From NCBI GenBank assembly GCA_963727325.1, contig CAVSFV010000033.1, positions 148,687 to 212,686 on the forward strand: 64,000 nt of DNA, read 5' to 3'. Below, in pieces: positions 27,992-37,870 of the stretch. The notes beneath the pieces were generated by a model that did not search any database, was not told the DNA's origin, and saw only the letters and a list, made by a program, of their open reading frames with translations. A program made the translations under genes and the position numbers. Each line of letters begins with the position of its first letter. The first letter of the stretch is position 1. This DNA is from an uncultured Alphaproteobacteria bacterium (lineage in GTDB: Bacteria > Pseudomonadota > Alphaproteobacteria > Rhizobiales > Xanthobacteraceae).

Positions 27992-28903
27992 TCAATCGCG
28001 CTCCACTGCGCGCATCGCTTGGTTCTGGTAAACCACGATCGGCGTCACCAGCAGGCAAACGAGCACAACCGCGACCGCGGAGGCCGCAGGCCAGTCCTTG
28101 TTGCCAAAAAATTCCATCCAGATGGTCTGCCCGATCATCGGCGATTGCGAACCGCCGAGCAGATCGGGAATGACGAACTCGCCAACAATAGGGATGAAGC
28201 ACAGAAGCACGCCGGCAATGACTCCGGACATCGACAGGGGCAGCGTCACCAGCCAGAAAACCTTCCAGCGCGGGGCGCCAAGATCGGCGGCCGCTTCCAG
28301 CAACGACTCGTCCAGCTTCTCCAGCGTGGCGTAGAGCGGCAAGACCATGAACGGCAGGTAGGAATAGACGATCCCGATATAGACGGCGGTGTCGGTTGAG
28401 AGCCACACCGGCGGCTCCCGGACAAGCGAAAGCGCCATCAGGACCTCATTGAGCGGCCCGTCGCGCTGCAAGATGTTCATCCACGCATAGATGCGGATGA
28501 GCAGCGATGTCCAGAACGGCAGCACGGTGAGGACGACAAGGATCGCTTGCCATCGCCGCGGCGTCCGCGCGATCCCGTAAGCAATCGGAAAGCCGACGGC
28601 AAGGAGGATAAGCGTGGAGATCGCGGCAATCTCCAGGCTCTTGACGTAAGACAAGAGATAAAGCGGATCGGAGCCGAGCAGTACATAATTGTCGAATGAC
28701 AGCCCCGTGAAGAAGGCGATGAGGCCGTTCCAGCCGGCCGCAAAGTCGAGCACCGGCGTATAGGGCGGCTGGGCGATCGCCGTCTGCGACAGGCTGATCT
28801 TGAGCACGATCAGAAAAGGCAACAGAAAAAACGCGAGCAACCAAATGTACGGAATGCGCACGATAAGCTTGTGCGCGAGAGAGGCCCCCTGCTTCGAGCT
28901 CAT
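27992..28903 (-). CDS. ABC transporter permease (PotB/PotH-like).
   Basis: 303-aa ORF. IPYIWLLAFFLLPFLIVLKISL... and LLEAAADLGAPRWKVFWLVTLPLS. Confidence 0.9.
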   Translation of the reverse strand: MSSKQGASLAHKLIVRIPYIWLLAFFLLPFLIVLKISLSQTAIAQPPYTPVLDFAAGWNGLIAFFTGLSFDNYVLLGSDPLYLLSYVKSLEIAAISTLILLAVGFPIAYGIARTPRRWQAILVVLTVLPFWTSLLIRIYAWMNILQRDGPLNEVLMALSLVREPPVWLSTDTAVYIGIVYSYLPFMVLPLYATLEKLDESLLEAAADLGAPRWKVFWLVTLPLSMSGVIAGVLLCFIPIVGEFVIPDLLGGSQSPMIGQTIWMEFFGNKDWPAASAVAVVLVCLLVTPIVVYQNQAMRAVERD

Positions 28904-28919
28904 GACGCTGTTTCGCCCC

Positions 28920-30050
28920 TCATCGCGTCAGCAGCATTGCATTCTCCGGGGGCCAGGTCAGCCAAACGTCCTCACCGGAGGTCCACGCATGCGCGGCGCG
29001 GCCACCCACGTTGGCGATCGCCGCCTTCATTACGGAGCCGTCGCGAAGCCGCAGCTTATAGATTGAGGTATCCCCGAGATAACCGATATCGACGATCGTG
29101 CCGGCGACGCCACCGTCCGCGCCCGGCAATGGCGGCTCGCGGGTGATGCGGACCTTCTCAGGCCGCACGGCCACCCACACGGTCGCGCCGGGCGCGACGT
29201 CCGCCTTCGCGGCCACGCGCAGATTGCCTGCCGCCGTCCCCTCGACACTGAAACCATCGGCCCCGAGGCGGCCCTCAAACACATTGACATCGCCGATGAA
29301 GTCGGCGACCCAGCGTGAGTTCGGCTGCTCATAGATCGCAGCGGGCGGCGCGACCTGCATCAGCTGGCCGCTATCCATCACGGCGATGCGGTCGGCGACT
29401 GTCATTGCTTCGCTCTGGTCGTGGGTGACGATGATGAACGTGAGCCCAAGCTTGCGCTGCAGTTCCATTAATTCGAATTGAGTTTCGCCGCGCAATTTCT
29501 TGTCGAGCGCCGCCATCGGCTCATCGAGCAGCAAGACGCGCGGACGCTTGACCAGCGAGCGTGCCAGCGCCACGCGCTGGCGCTGTCCGCCGGACAGCTC
29601 GTGCGGCTTGCGGCCGGCGAAGCGTTCGAGTTTGACCAGATCGAGCATGTCGGCAACGCGGCGCGAGATTTCTTCCTTGGTCAAACCCTCCTGCTTGAGG
29701 CCAAAGGTGATGTTGGCCTCCACGGTAAGGTGTGGAAACAGCGCGTAGCTTTGGAACATCATGTTGACCGGCCGCCGGTAAGGCGGCACCGGAGCGAGAT
29801 CGATCCCGTCAAGAAGCATGCGGCCCGCGTTCGGCCGCTCGAAACCCGCAATCAGGCGCAACAACGTGGTCTTGCCGCAGCCCGAGGGGCCGAGCAGAGC
29901 AAAGAACTCGCCGTCATAAATATCCAGCGACAGATGATCGACGACCGCTACGGCGCCGAACCGCTTGGTCAAAGTTTCTATGCGCAGCACCGGGCGGAGT
30001 TTGGGATCGGTCCACGGCGCAAAATCTCGCTTTGATGCAAAGCTCTGCAT
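28920..30050 (-). CDS. ABC transporter ATP-binding protein (PotA/PotG-like).
   Basis: Walker A GPSGCGKTT, signature LSGGQRQRVALAR, Walker B LLLDEP, plus a C-terminal TOBE-like regulatory domain. Confidence 0.9.
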   Translation of the reverse strand: MQSFASKRDFAPWTDPKLRPVLRIETLTKRFGAVAVVDHLSLDIYDGEFFALLGPSGCGKTTLLRLIAGFERPNAGRMLLDGIDLAPVPPYRRPVNMMFQSYALFPHLTVEANITFGLKQEGLTKEEISRRVADMLDLVKLERFAGRKPHELSGGQRQRVALARSLVKRPRVLLLDEPMAALDKKLRGETQFELMELQRKLGLTFIIVTHDQSEAMTVADRIAVMDSGQLMQVAPPAAIYEQPNSRWVADFIGDVNVFEGRLGADGFSVEGTAAGNLRVAAKADVAPGATVWVAVRPEKVRITREPPLPGADGGVAGTIVDIGYLGDTSIYKLRLRDGSVMKAAIANVGGRAAHAWTSGEDVWLTWPPENAMLLTR

Positions 30051-30161
30051 GTCCCCAAACAGCCGCAGCAGCTGGAAAACTGCAAGAGATTTTGTGGGTT
30101 GTTAAGCAGATCGAGAAGTCGCAGCGGCCGGTTCTTTCCCGCCAGCGTTCGCTCGCCGCCG

Positions 30162-30701
30162 TCAGTCCGCTACCGGATCGGCAAGCGATGTAAGCAGGTC
30201 GGCGTCGTCGCCGCCTTCGACGGCCAGCTTGCGCGGCTCCGGACCGTAATAGTCGCCGAGCTGCACCAAAGGCCGCGGCTGCGTGACGATCGAAACCAGC
30301 CGGTCATAGATCGACTTCGCCGAAACCGGCTTAACCAGATACTCGTTGACGCCAAGCTTCACGGCTTCAACCACGCGCCAGCGCTCACCGTGCCCGCTGA
30401 GCATGATGATCGGCACGTCCGGAACGGGAAAAACGCCGGGCGAACGCACGATGCGCACGAGTTCGGCGCCGCTCAACAGCGGCATCTCCCAGTCGAGGAT
30501 TACAACGTCGGGACCCACGGTGCGAATCGTGTCGAGCGCAGAAATTCCGTCGGACGCCTCGTAGATGTCCTTGATGCCGCAATTGACCAAGAGATTGCGG
30601 ACCGTCTTGCGCATGTACTGGTTATCATCGACGACCAGAATGCAGAGCCCGGCAATCAGGTCCCCAATCTCTTTCTTGGACATTTTTGAATCAGAGGACA
30701 T
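30162..30701 (-). CDS. Single-domain response regulator (CheY-like receiver with a short C-terminal tail).
   Basis: ILVVDDNQYMRKTVRNLL...DVVILDWEMP..SG.ELV...PIIMLSGH...GVNEYLVKP. Confidence 0.85.
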   Translation of the reverse strand: MSSDSKMSKKEIGDLIAGLCILVVDDNQYMRKTVRNLLVNCGIKDIYEASDGISALDTIRTVGPDVVILDWEMPLLSGAELVRIVRSPGVFPVPDVPIIMLSGHGERWRVVEAVKLGVNEYLVKPVSAKSIYDRLVSIVTQPRPLVQLGDYYGPEPRKLAVEGGDDADLLTSLADPVAD

Positions 30702-30887
30702 CGCTGACTGCCTCGGCGGTCTTGCGGCGAAGAGCCGGCGCCGGATGCATCAAATCACGGGGCGTCTTGCGGGTTGGTAAAAGCATCCCCGGCCCTTAGT
30801 ACAGCCTGGGTATTGATGTGCCGCACTTCTCCGACGTGGTGAGCGTTCCGTTAATACGGCGCGCTATCTCCGCTGATGCGCGCCGCG

Positions 30888-32372
30888 TCAGCTTTGCGGC
30901 TGCGCCATGAAACGTTCGAGCGCGTTTCGTTCAGTTTCTGAAAAATGCAGGCCAAGCTTGGAGCGGCGCCATAGCACGTCGTCGGCCGTCCGCGCCCATT
31001 CCCTGGTCATCAGATAACGCACCTCCGCGGCGGTGAGATCGGCGCCGAAACAGATACCGAGATCGTCGAGCGTCGTAGCGGCTTTGAGTACGTTTGCAAC
31101 GCGCGTGCCGTAGGCAGCGACGAGGCGGCGTGCATGATCATCCGTCAGAAACGGCCATTGCCGCTGCGTGCGCGCAATCAACGCCGCAGCGCCGTCATAA
31201 ACGAAATCGCCGCCCGGCAATGAACTCTTCGCGGTCCAGGGCCGCGAACGCGGAAAAAAATGCGACAGCCGGTCAAGCGCGTCCTCCGCGAGGCGCCGGT
31301 AGGTGGTGAGCTTGCCGCCATAGACCGTCAGCAGCGGCGCCCGACCAACGCTTTTGTCGAGGATAAGCGCGTAGTCGCGCCCAATATCCTGCGGCTTGCG
31401 CGCGCCGTCGTCGTAGAGCGAACGCACGCCCGCATAGGCCCACACTACGTCCGCAGCCCCAATCGCCGAGCGGAAATATTCATTGATGACACCGCAGAGG
31501 TAATCGATCTCCTCTTTCGATGGCGCGACCGCCGCCGGATCGCCGGAAAAACTCTGATCGGTCGTGCCGATCAGCGTGTAATCGCGCTGAAACGGAATCG
31601 CGAACACGACCCTGCCGTCGGCCGCCTGTAAGATGTAGGCGCGGTCATGATCGTAGAGGCGGCGCACCACGATATGGCTGCCTTTGTCGAGCCGTAGACG
31701 CCTTGACGACGGCTGTTGCAGCACCGTCTCCGCTACCGTCTCTACCCAGGCGCCCGCTGCGTTGACCAGCACCCGGGCGGTCACGACATCACGCACGCCG
31801 CGCGCGTTGAGACTGAGCCGCCATTCGTCGCCACGCTCGGCGCGCGCGCAAAGCGTTCGGGTGCGGATCGTTGCCCCGCGTTCGGCGGCGTCGATCGCAT
31901 TGACCACGACGAGGCGCGCATCGTCGGCAAAGCAATCGGAATATTCGTAGCCATAATGGAAGCAGCGCTTGAGCGGCTGGCCGACTTCGCCAGTGGCAAG
32001 ATCGACCGGATTCGTGCCTGGTAAGATCGCCCTATGACCGATCAGGTCATAAACAAACAGACCGAGCCGCAACACAATCGGTGAGCGGCTCGCCGCATCA
32101 AGCGGCAACACAAAGCGCAGCGGGCGAATGAGATGCGGCGCCATCCGCAACAACACCTCGCGTTCGCTGAGCGCGGCGCGCACCAGCCGCAGCGCGCCAT
32201 GTTCCAGATAGCGCAGACCCCCGTGGATCAGCTTTGAGGACGCTGACGAAGTCCCCGAGGCCAGGTCGTTCTGCTCACAAAGCAGGACTTTCAAACCGCG
32301 ACCGGCGGCATCGCGAGCGATGCCGACGCCGTTGATGCCGCCACCGATGATGGCAAGATCGAAATCGGCCAC
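30888..32372 (-). CDS. glpD: FAD-dependent glycerol-3-phosphate dehydrogenase.
   Basis: GTG at 32372 preceded by GGGGAG. DLAIIGGGINGVGIARDAAGRGLKVLLCEQNDLASGTSSASSKLIHGGLRYLE is the canonical GlpD N-terminus. Confidence 0.9.
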   Translation of the reverse strand: MADFDLAIIGGGINGVGIARDAAGRGLKVLLCEQNDLASGTSSASSKLIHGGLRYLEHGALRLVRAALSEREVLLRMAPHLIRPLRFVLPLDAASRSPIVLRLGLFVYDLIGHRAILPGTNPVDLATGEVGQPLKRCFHYGYEYSDCFADDARLVVVNAIDAAERGATIRTRTLCARAERGDEWRLSLNARGVRDVVTARVLVNAAGAWVETVAETVLQQPSSRRLRLDKGSHIVVRRLYDHDRAYILQAADGRVVFAIPFQRDYTLIGTTDQSFSGDPAAVAPSKEEIDYLCGVINEYFRSAIGAADVVWAYAGVRSLYDDGARKPQDIGRDYALILDKSVGRAPLLTVYGGKLTTYRRLAEDALDRLSHFFPRSRPWTAKSSLPGGDFVYDGAAALIARTQRQWPFLTDDHARRLVAAYGTRVANVLKAATTLDDLGICFGADLTAAEVRYLMTREWARTADDVLWRRSKLGLHFSETERNALERFMAQPQS

Positions 32373-32495
32373 TGATTCTCCCCTAACGGCACAGTAGCAA
32401 ATCCGCCGTTCTGTTGATCGCCGACGCGATGGTTCTTGTCTTGATCCGCGGATCGACGATGATGCCGACCCGGGCACACTTCAGGGAGCGGCGCT

Positions 32496-33194
32496 ATGGA
32501 TTTTCGCAATCGGCACATCGTGATCACCGGCGGTGCCGGCGCGTTAGGCACCGCCGTGGTCGAAGCGCTCATCGCAGGCGGCGCGATGTGCCATGTACCG
32601 TGCATGGACGAAGCCGAGGCAAAGCGTTTCCGCCTGCGCGACCACAAGCAGGTCGCACTGACAATCACCGGCAACCTCGCCGATGAGAAAGGCGTTAGCC
32701 GGCTCTACGATGGCGCCGGGCCGCTCTGGGCTTCGATCCACATCGCCGGCGGTTTTGCCGCCGGACCGCTGCGAGAAGCAAGCGTTGCGACGCTACGACA
32801 GCAGATCGACATGAACTTCGTCAGCTGCCTGTTGTGCTGTCGGGCCGCGATCAACGCCATGATCACCACCGAGGGCGGGCGCATCGTCAATGTCGCCGCC
32901 CGGCCCGGCCTCGAATGGCGAACGGGCGCCGGGATGGCGGCCTACGCCGCGAGCAAGGCCGCCGTGGCTGCGTTGACCGCAGCGCTTGCCGAGGAGGTGG
33001 TGAAGGACGGCATTCTCGTCAACGCCATCGCGCCGTCGACCATGGACACACCGGCCAATCGAGCCGCTATGCCCAAAGCCGATTACAGCCTATGGCCGAA
33101 GGTCGAAGAAGTAGCAGCAACGATTTTGTTTCTCGCTTCTCCGGAAAACCGCGTCACCCGCGGCGGCGTCGTGCCGGTGTACGGCAAATCTTAG
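32496..33194 (+). CDS. SDR family oxidoreductase.
   Basis: ITGGAGALGTAV dinucleotide motif and YAASKAAV catalytic motif; 232 aa. Confidence 0.9.
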   Translation: MDFRNRHIVITGGAGALGTAVVEALIAGGAMCHVPCMDEAEAKRFRLRDHKQVALTITGNLADEKGVSRLYDGAGPLWASIHIAGGFAAGPLREASVATLRQQIDMNFVSCLLCCRAAINAMITTEGGRIVNVAARPGLEWRTGAGMAAYAASKAAVAALTAALAEEVVKDGILVNAIAPSTMDTPANRAAMPKADYSLWPKVEEVAATILFLASPENRVTRGGVVPVYGKS

Positions 33195-33234
33195 CAACGA
33201 TCACCCTCAAGCCGGCGATGAGCGGTTTGAGTTG

Positions 33235-33648
33235 CTAATATCCGGGCCACAAACCGGGCGTCGCCAGTTCGAGCACGTGCCCGTCCGGATCGTGGAAGTA
33301 AATGCTCTCACCGCCGCGCGGCCATTTGATGCGGCCTTCGATTGCGATGTTGGCGTCCGCAAACCGCTCTTCCCACGCGGCAAGTTCATCAGCGGCGATT
33401 GAGAAGGCCATATGCACGGGCCCATGACCGTCATGTGGCGGGAGCGTGCCGCCGGGTAGTTGCACGGCCTCCAGCGAACCGCCGCGCAAGAACAAGAGCA
33501 GCACGCCGCGACCGCCAACGTCGTAAGCGCACAGCCGCTGATCGCGGAAGATGCTGTTGAGCCCGAGTATCTGCTCGTAGAACGGACAAGCGCGTTCGAA
33601 CGTGTCGACGTACAGCGAAGTTTCCAGAACGCCGAGCAGGTTGGGCAT
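33235..33648 (-). CDS. VOC (glyoxalase/bleomycin-resistance/dioxygenase) family protein.
   Basis: ATG at 33648. MPNLLGVLETSLYVDTFERACPFYEQILGL...HMAFSI...GGESIYFHDPDGHVLEL. Confidence 0.8.
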   Translation of the reverse strand: MPNLLGVLETSLYVDTFERACPFYEQILGLNSIFRDQRLCAYDVGGRGVLLLFLRGGSLEAVQLPGGTLPPHDGHGPVHMAFSIAADELAAWEERFADANIAIEGRIKWPRGGESIYFHDPDGHVLELATPGLWPGY

Positions 33649-33663
33649 AACAGCACCTATTTC

Positions 33664-33764
33664 GTCATTCCGGGGCCGAGCGAAGCGAGGAGCCCGGAAT
33701 CCCATTGGCATAACGCCTGGATTATGGATTCCGGACCCGCCGCTGTGCGGCGATCCGGAATGAC
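33664..33764. repeat. REP/MITE-like intergenic element made of two adjacent hairpins built on ATTCCGG/CCGGAAT arms.
   Basis: 10-bp terminal inverted repeat gtcattccgg (33664-33673) / ccggaatgac (33755-33764). Internally, cattccgggg...cccggaatc and ggattccgga...tccggaatg each fold back on themselves. Confidence 0.6.
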
Positions 33765-33775
33765 CAGAACGAGAT

Positions 33776-35147
33776 TTACCCCGAAACCGCGACAATTTCG
33801 CGCGCCGGCGAGCGCACCAGCCGGGTCACGCCGGTCGAGGCGACGATCGCATGCTGCTGCGCATAAGCCTCGTGGTTTTGCTCGATGTAATCGAGATCAT
33901 AGAGGTAATTGACCATGAGGCCGTATGATTGCTCGAGCGCCCGCTCCGACGTATCGGCGATCCAGTTGAGCCGCTGCAGCCGCGCGCCATTGCCGAGATG
34001 GAAGCGAGCGACGGCGTCCAGCGGCAAGCCGCGGCGATTGCGCGCCCGCACGTAATACCAGGCGGCAGCGCGCATGATCGGCTCGCCGATGATCTCGACC
34101 AGCTCGAGCGTCGAGCCACCACTTGGGCCGGTCAAGCCCTGCGAGCGCTTCGCGATCATCCTCGGTGAGCGCAAGTGAAGCTTCGTTAGCGCGTTCGCGC
34201 TTGAGCCACTCGGCGAAATTCGGCGACGGCGACAGCGTGACGAAGGTCGAGATGCGCGGCCATTCGCGGCGGACTTCCTCCACCACCTGCTTGATCAGGA
34301 AGTGGCCGAACGTCACCCCGGCCAGTCCGCGCTGGCAATTGGTGATGGAGTAGAACACCGCCGTGGCGGCGCGCTCCGGATCGACCAGCTCGCGCTTGTC
34401 GGACAGGATCGGCGCGATCGCATCCGGTATTTCACGAGTGAGCGCCACCTCGACAAAGATCAGTGGTTCGTCGACCAGCGCCGGATGAAAGAACGCATAG
34501 CAGCGCCGGTCCGGCAGATCGATGCGCCGCCTTAAATCCTCCCAATCGCGAATCTCGTGCACCGCTTCATAGCGGATGATCTTTTCCAGAATCGAAGCCG
34601 ACGTCGACCAGTCGATGCGGCGGAGGACCAAAAAGCCGCGATTGAACCAGGATGAAAACAGATGGACGAAATCGTTATCGATGACCGCGAGATCGTCGCG
34701 ATGGTCCATGGCATCCATGAGCTGTTCGCGCATGCGCACCAGCGCGGCGGTGCCGCCGGGTGCAAGATTGAGCCGGCGAAAAAGCTCGAGCCGGCGCGGC
34801 TCGCTGGCGCGATGCAGCTCCGCCGCGTCATCGGCGGATTGCGACAGCCGCCAGGCGGCGGTCGCCGCCTCGATACGTGAATTGTCGTAGCCAAAGGTGC
34901 GCGCCAGCGACTCAAAAAACGCAATGCGCGGTCCGGTCGTCAGGGCTGCATAATCGGCCAGAATTTCGTTGGCGAGCGCCACACCAGAGGCCTCGCCCCG
35001 GCCGGAAAGGAGCGCCTCGCACAGATCGATCAGGCCATCCAGCCGCCCCCGCGTCGGCTCACGGCGCTCCCGCCGGATCAGGGCGCGGCTGCGATCGGCG
35101 ATGCTTTGCAGCATATCGCTGAAGAAAGAGGCGTTCACCGCAACCAT
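33776..35147 (-). pseudogene. Malonyl-CoA decarboxylase, frameshifted near 34105-34115.
   Basis: ORF 33897..35147 is MCD-like up to ...ALAGLDRPKWWLD, then Arg-rich junk. ORF 33776..34174 in another frame continues ...LELVEIIGEPIMRAAAWYYVRARNRRGLPLDAVARFHLGNGARLQRLNWIADTSERALEQSYGLMVNYLY (conserved MCD C-terminus). Confidence 0.8.
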
Positions 35148-35317
35148 CGGTCGATCAATCAGTCCGCGCCGGCAGAAACAGAATTAATGATCGCAGGCGG
35201 CGATGACAAGTTAGCGAAACATCCAGGTTAGCGAAACCGGTGGCCGGTAGACAAACGCGCGCCGCTTTGTCAGTTAACCGCCGCGGCGCGACCGCCGCAA
35301 AGCGGGAGGAATTGTTC

Positions 35318-36490
35318 ATGTCGGGTCCTTTGGCCGGTCTGCGCGTCCTGGAGCTTGCTCGCATCCTGGCCGGTCCTTGGGCCGGGCAAATCCTTGCCGA
35401 TCTGGGCGCTGACGTGATCAAGGTCGAGCGCAAAGGCGCCGGCGATGACACCCGCTCCTGGGGCCCGCCGTTTGTTCCCGCCGCCGACGGCACTCATCTC
35501 GGCGCCGCCTATTTTCATGGCACCAACCGCGGCAAGCGCTCCATCGAGCTCGATTTCGAGAGCGAAGAGGGCCGCCGGATCGTCAAAAAACTTGCCGCGC
35601 GTTCCGACGTGCTGATCGAGAATTTCAAGGTCGGCGGGCTCGCCAAGTTCGGCCTCGACTACAAGAGCCTCGCGCCGGAAATGCCGCGGCTGATTTATTG
35701 CTCGGTGACCGGCTTCGGCCAAGACGGACCTTACGCCAGCCGGCCCGGCTACGACCTCATGGCGCAAGGCATGGGCGGCTTCATGGATCTCACCGGAAAT
35801 GCCGACGGCGAGCCGCTGCGCGCCGGCGTGCCGGTGTCCGACATTTTTACCGGCGTGTATTCGGCGGTCGGCATTCTTGCGGCGTTGGCGCGGCGTGAGA
35901 AAACCGGCCGTGGCGGCTACGTCGATACCGCGCTGGTCAACTCGACCGTCGCCGTCCTTTCCAACCAGGCGCTCAATTATCTGGTCTCCGGCAAGGTGCC
36001 CCACCGTATGGGCAACGCGCACGCCAACATCACGCCCTATCAGGTGTTTCCGGTCGCCGACGGCCACATCATCATCGCCAGCGGCAATGACGGCCAGTTT
36101 GCCAAGCTGTGTGGCGTGCTGGGCGAACCGGACCTCCCCAAGAACCCGGACTACATCGATAACAAAGCCCGGCTCGCGCATCGCGCCGAACTGATCGGTC
36201 GTCTCTGCGCCGCCACGGCGCGCATTCCAGGCGCCGTGCTTCTTGAAAAGCTCGAAGCGGTCGGCGTGCCCGCCGGCCCGATCAACGATCTCGCGCAAGT
36301 ATTCGCCGACCCGCAGGTGATCCATCGCGGCATGAAGATCGAGCGGCCGAGCGCGGCCGCCAAGGGCGGGAAGATTCCGGGCGTGCGCACGCCAATCGTG
36401 CTCGATGGCGCACGGATGGCGGCGGAGCGTCCCTCGCCGCGGCTCGGCGAGCACACGACCGAAATTTTGCGTGAGATCGGCGAGGGATGA
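35318..36490 (+). CDS. CaiB/BaiF family (class III) CoA-transferase.
   Basis: ATG at 35318 after GGGAGGA. GPLAGLRVLELARILAGPWAGQILADLGADVIKVERKGAGDDTRSWGPPF is the family-defining N-terminus. Confidence 0.9.
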   Translation: MSGPLAGLRVLELARILAGPWAGQILADLGADVIKVERKGAGDDTRSWGPPFVPAADGTHLGAAYFHGTNRGKRSIELDFESEEGRRIVKKLAARSDVLIENFKVGGLAKFGLDYKSLAPEMPRLIYCSVTGFGQDGPYASRPGYDLMAQGMGGFMDLTGNADGEPLRAGVPVSDIFTGVYSAVGILAALARREKTGRGGYVDTALVNSTVAVLSNQALNYLVSGKVPHRMGNAHANITPYQVFPVADGHIIIASGNDGQFAKLCGVLGEPDLPKNPDYIDNKARLAHRAELIGRLCAATARIPGAVLLEKLEAVGVPAGPINDLAQVFADPQVIHRGMKIERPSAAAKGGKIPGVRTPIVLDGARMAAERPSPRLGEHTTEILREIGEG

Positions 36491-36742
36491 CGCAACGGGC
36501 GCGCATCGGGAGACGGACACGCTTCTCCAGGATCGACGGCAATACGCACACCATCACTTCTGCGCCCGACAAAAATCCCGTCGATGGCCGCGAAGGCCGC
36601 ACGATTTTTGGATTGGGAGAAAATCCGCGCTCAGTGACGACACGTCCCGCTCCTCGAAACTCAGCGGATAAACAAACTCATTCCCGCGATGCATAAACGC
36701 GGGGCGGTGATGCAAATCCGCATCGGCCTGCCTGATCTGTTC

Positions 36743-36756
36743 TTGATCTATGTCAA
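36743..36756. promoter_or_regulatory. FNR/FixK-type box TTGATCTATGTCAA (TTGA-N6-TCAA), about 140 nt upstream of the reductase gene.
   Basis: Exact string ttgatctatgtcaa at 36743-36756, inside a ~400-nt non-coding spacer. Confidence 0.35.
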
Positions 36757-36895
36757 GGAAAGACCACGCACGGTGTCAGCTAAATACCCAACAACAGTCG
36801 ACAAGCAGCACGCGGACGCAACTCGCGCTCGTTGATTGAGTTCTGATGACTTCACCTAACGCTGCGAAAGACTGGGGAAAGACGGGGGACGGGAA

Positions 36896-37846
36896 TTGCT
36901 GCAACTGAAGGTCGATCGGATCGAAGCGGCAACTGCGCGTATTCGCCGGATCGTACTCTCATCGGCAAACGGTGACGGACTGCCAGCCTTCACGCCGGGA
37001 GCTCATATCGACATCGAGCTGCCGAATGAAGAGACCCGATCTTATTCTCTGCTCAATGACTGCGCGGAGACAGATTATTACGTCGTTGGCGTGTTGCGCG
37101 AGCCCGACAGCCTCGGCGGTTCGGTTTATCTGCACGACCGGCTTGCAGTCGGGGACGTCCTCCAGGCCGCGCCGCCAAGCAACGACTTTCCGCTCTACGA
37201 GGCCGGTGAAACCAATATCTTGATCGCCGGCGGGATCGGCATCACGCCGATCATGTCGATGGCGGCACGCCTTGCCAAGGTTGGCCGAGATTATACCTTG
37301 CACTATTGCGCGCGCGCCGCGGAAGACGCAGCGTTTCTCGATGAATTGCGTGCACGGCACGGCGATCACCTCAAGACCCACTTCGACGGCGGCGATCCTG
37401 CACGAGGCCTCGATTTAAAGGCGCTGTTGCACAACCGGCGGCCGGGCGCCCACGTCTACGTTTGCGGCCCGATCGGACTCATTCGCGGCACCCTCGCCGC
37501 AACCGCCGACTGGCCGGAAGGCACGGTGCACTACGAATTGTTCAAGGGCAGTGCCGCCGATCTGACGTCCGAACACAGTGATCAGCCCTTCGACATCGTT
37601 TTGAAGAAAGCCGGCAAGACTTTCACCGTACCCGCCGACAAAAGCATCCTCGCCGTCCTCAAAGCGCAGGGTTTCAAGGTCAAAACGCTCTGCACGAGCG
37701 GCCGCTGCGGCACCTGTCGGGTCAGGTTTTTGTCCGGCAAGGTCGATCATCGCGACGAGGTGCTCGACGACGATGAAAAACAGAATTTCCTCCAAGTGTG
37801 CGTATCGCGCGCCATGCCGGGCGAGACGCTCGTGCTCGATCTGTAA
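36896..37846 (+). CDS. PDR/VanB-family oxidoreductase (flavin + NAD(P)H + C-terminal plant-type 2Fe-2S).
   Basis: 316-aa ORF. FTPGAHIDIELPNEETRSYSL, LIAGGIGITPI, C-terminal CTSGRCGTCRVRFLSGKVDH...LQVCVS. Confidence 0.9.
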   Translation: MLQLKVDRIEAATARIRRIVLSSANGDGLPAFTPGAHIDIELPNEETRSYSLLNDCAETDYYVVGVLREPDSLGGSVYLHDRLAVGDVLQAAPPSNDFPLYEAGETNILIAGGIGITPIMSMAARLAKVGRDYTLHYCARAAEDAAFLDELRARHGDHLKTHFDGGDPARGLDLKALLHNRRPGAHVYVCGPIGLIRGTLAATADWPEGTVHYELFKGSAADLTSEHSDQPFDIVLKKAGKTFTVPADKSILAVLKAQGFKVKTLCTSGRCGTCRVRFLSGKVDHRDEVLDDDEKQNFLQVCVSRAMPGETLVLDL

Positions 37847-37870
37847 CGACAACAGCCAGGGAGATCAGCG

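Noticed and set aside
27990-28406. N-terminal 138 codons of the 404-aa ORF 27192..28406.
   Set aside because: They overlap the upstream PotB-like permease in another frame and are junk-like. The internal ATG at 27989 gives a normal-length PotC-like permease starting 2 nt after the upstream stop.
35270-36520. 416-aa ORF on the minus strand, exactly mirroring the CoA-transferase gene.
   Set aside because: It is an antisense shadow ORF of the kind common in GC-rich DNA. Its translation is Arg/Ala/Gly-rich with no family features, while the plus-strand product has a textbook CaiB/BaiF N-terminus and a ribosome-binding site.
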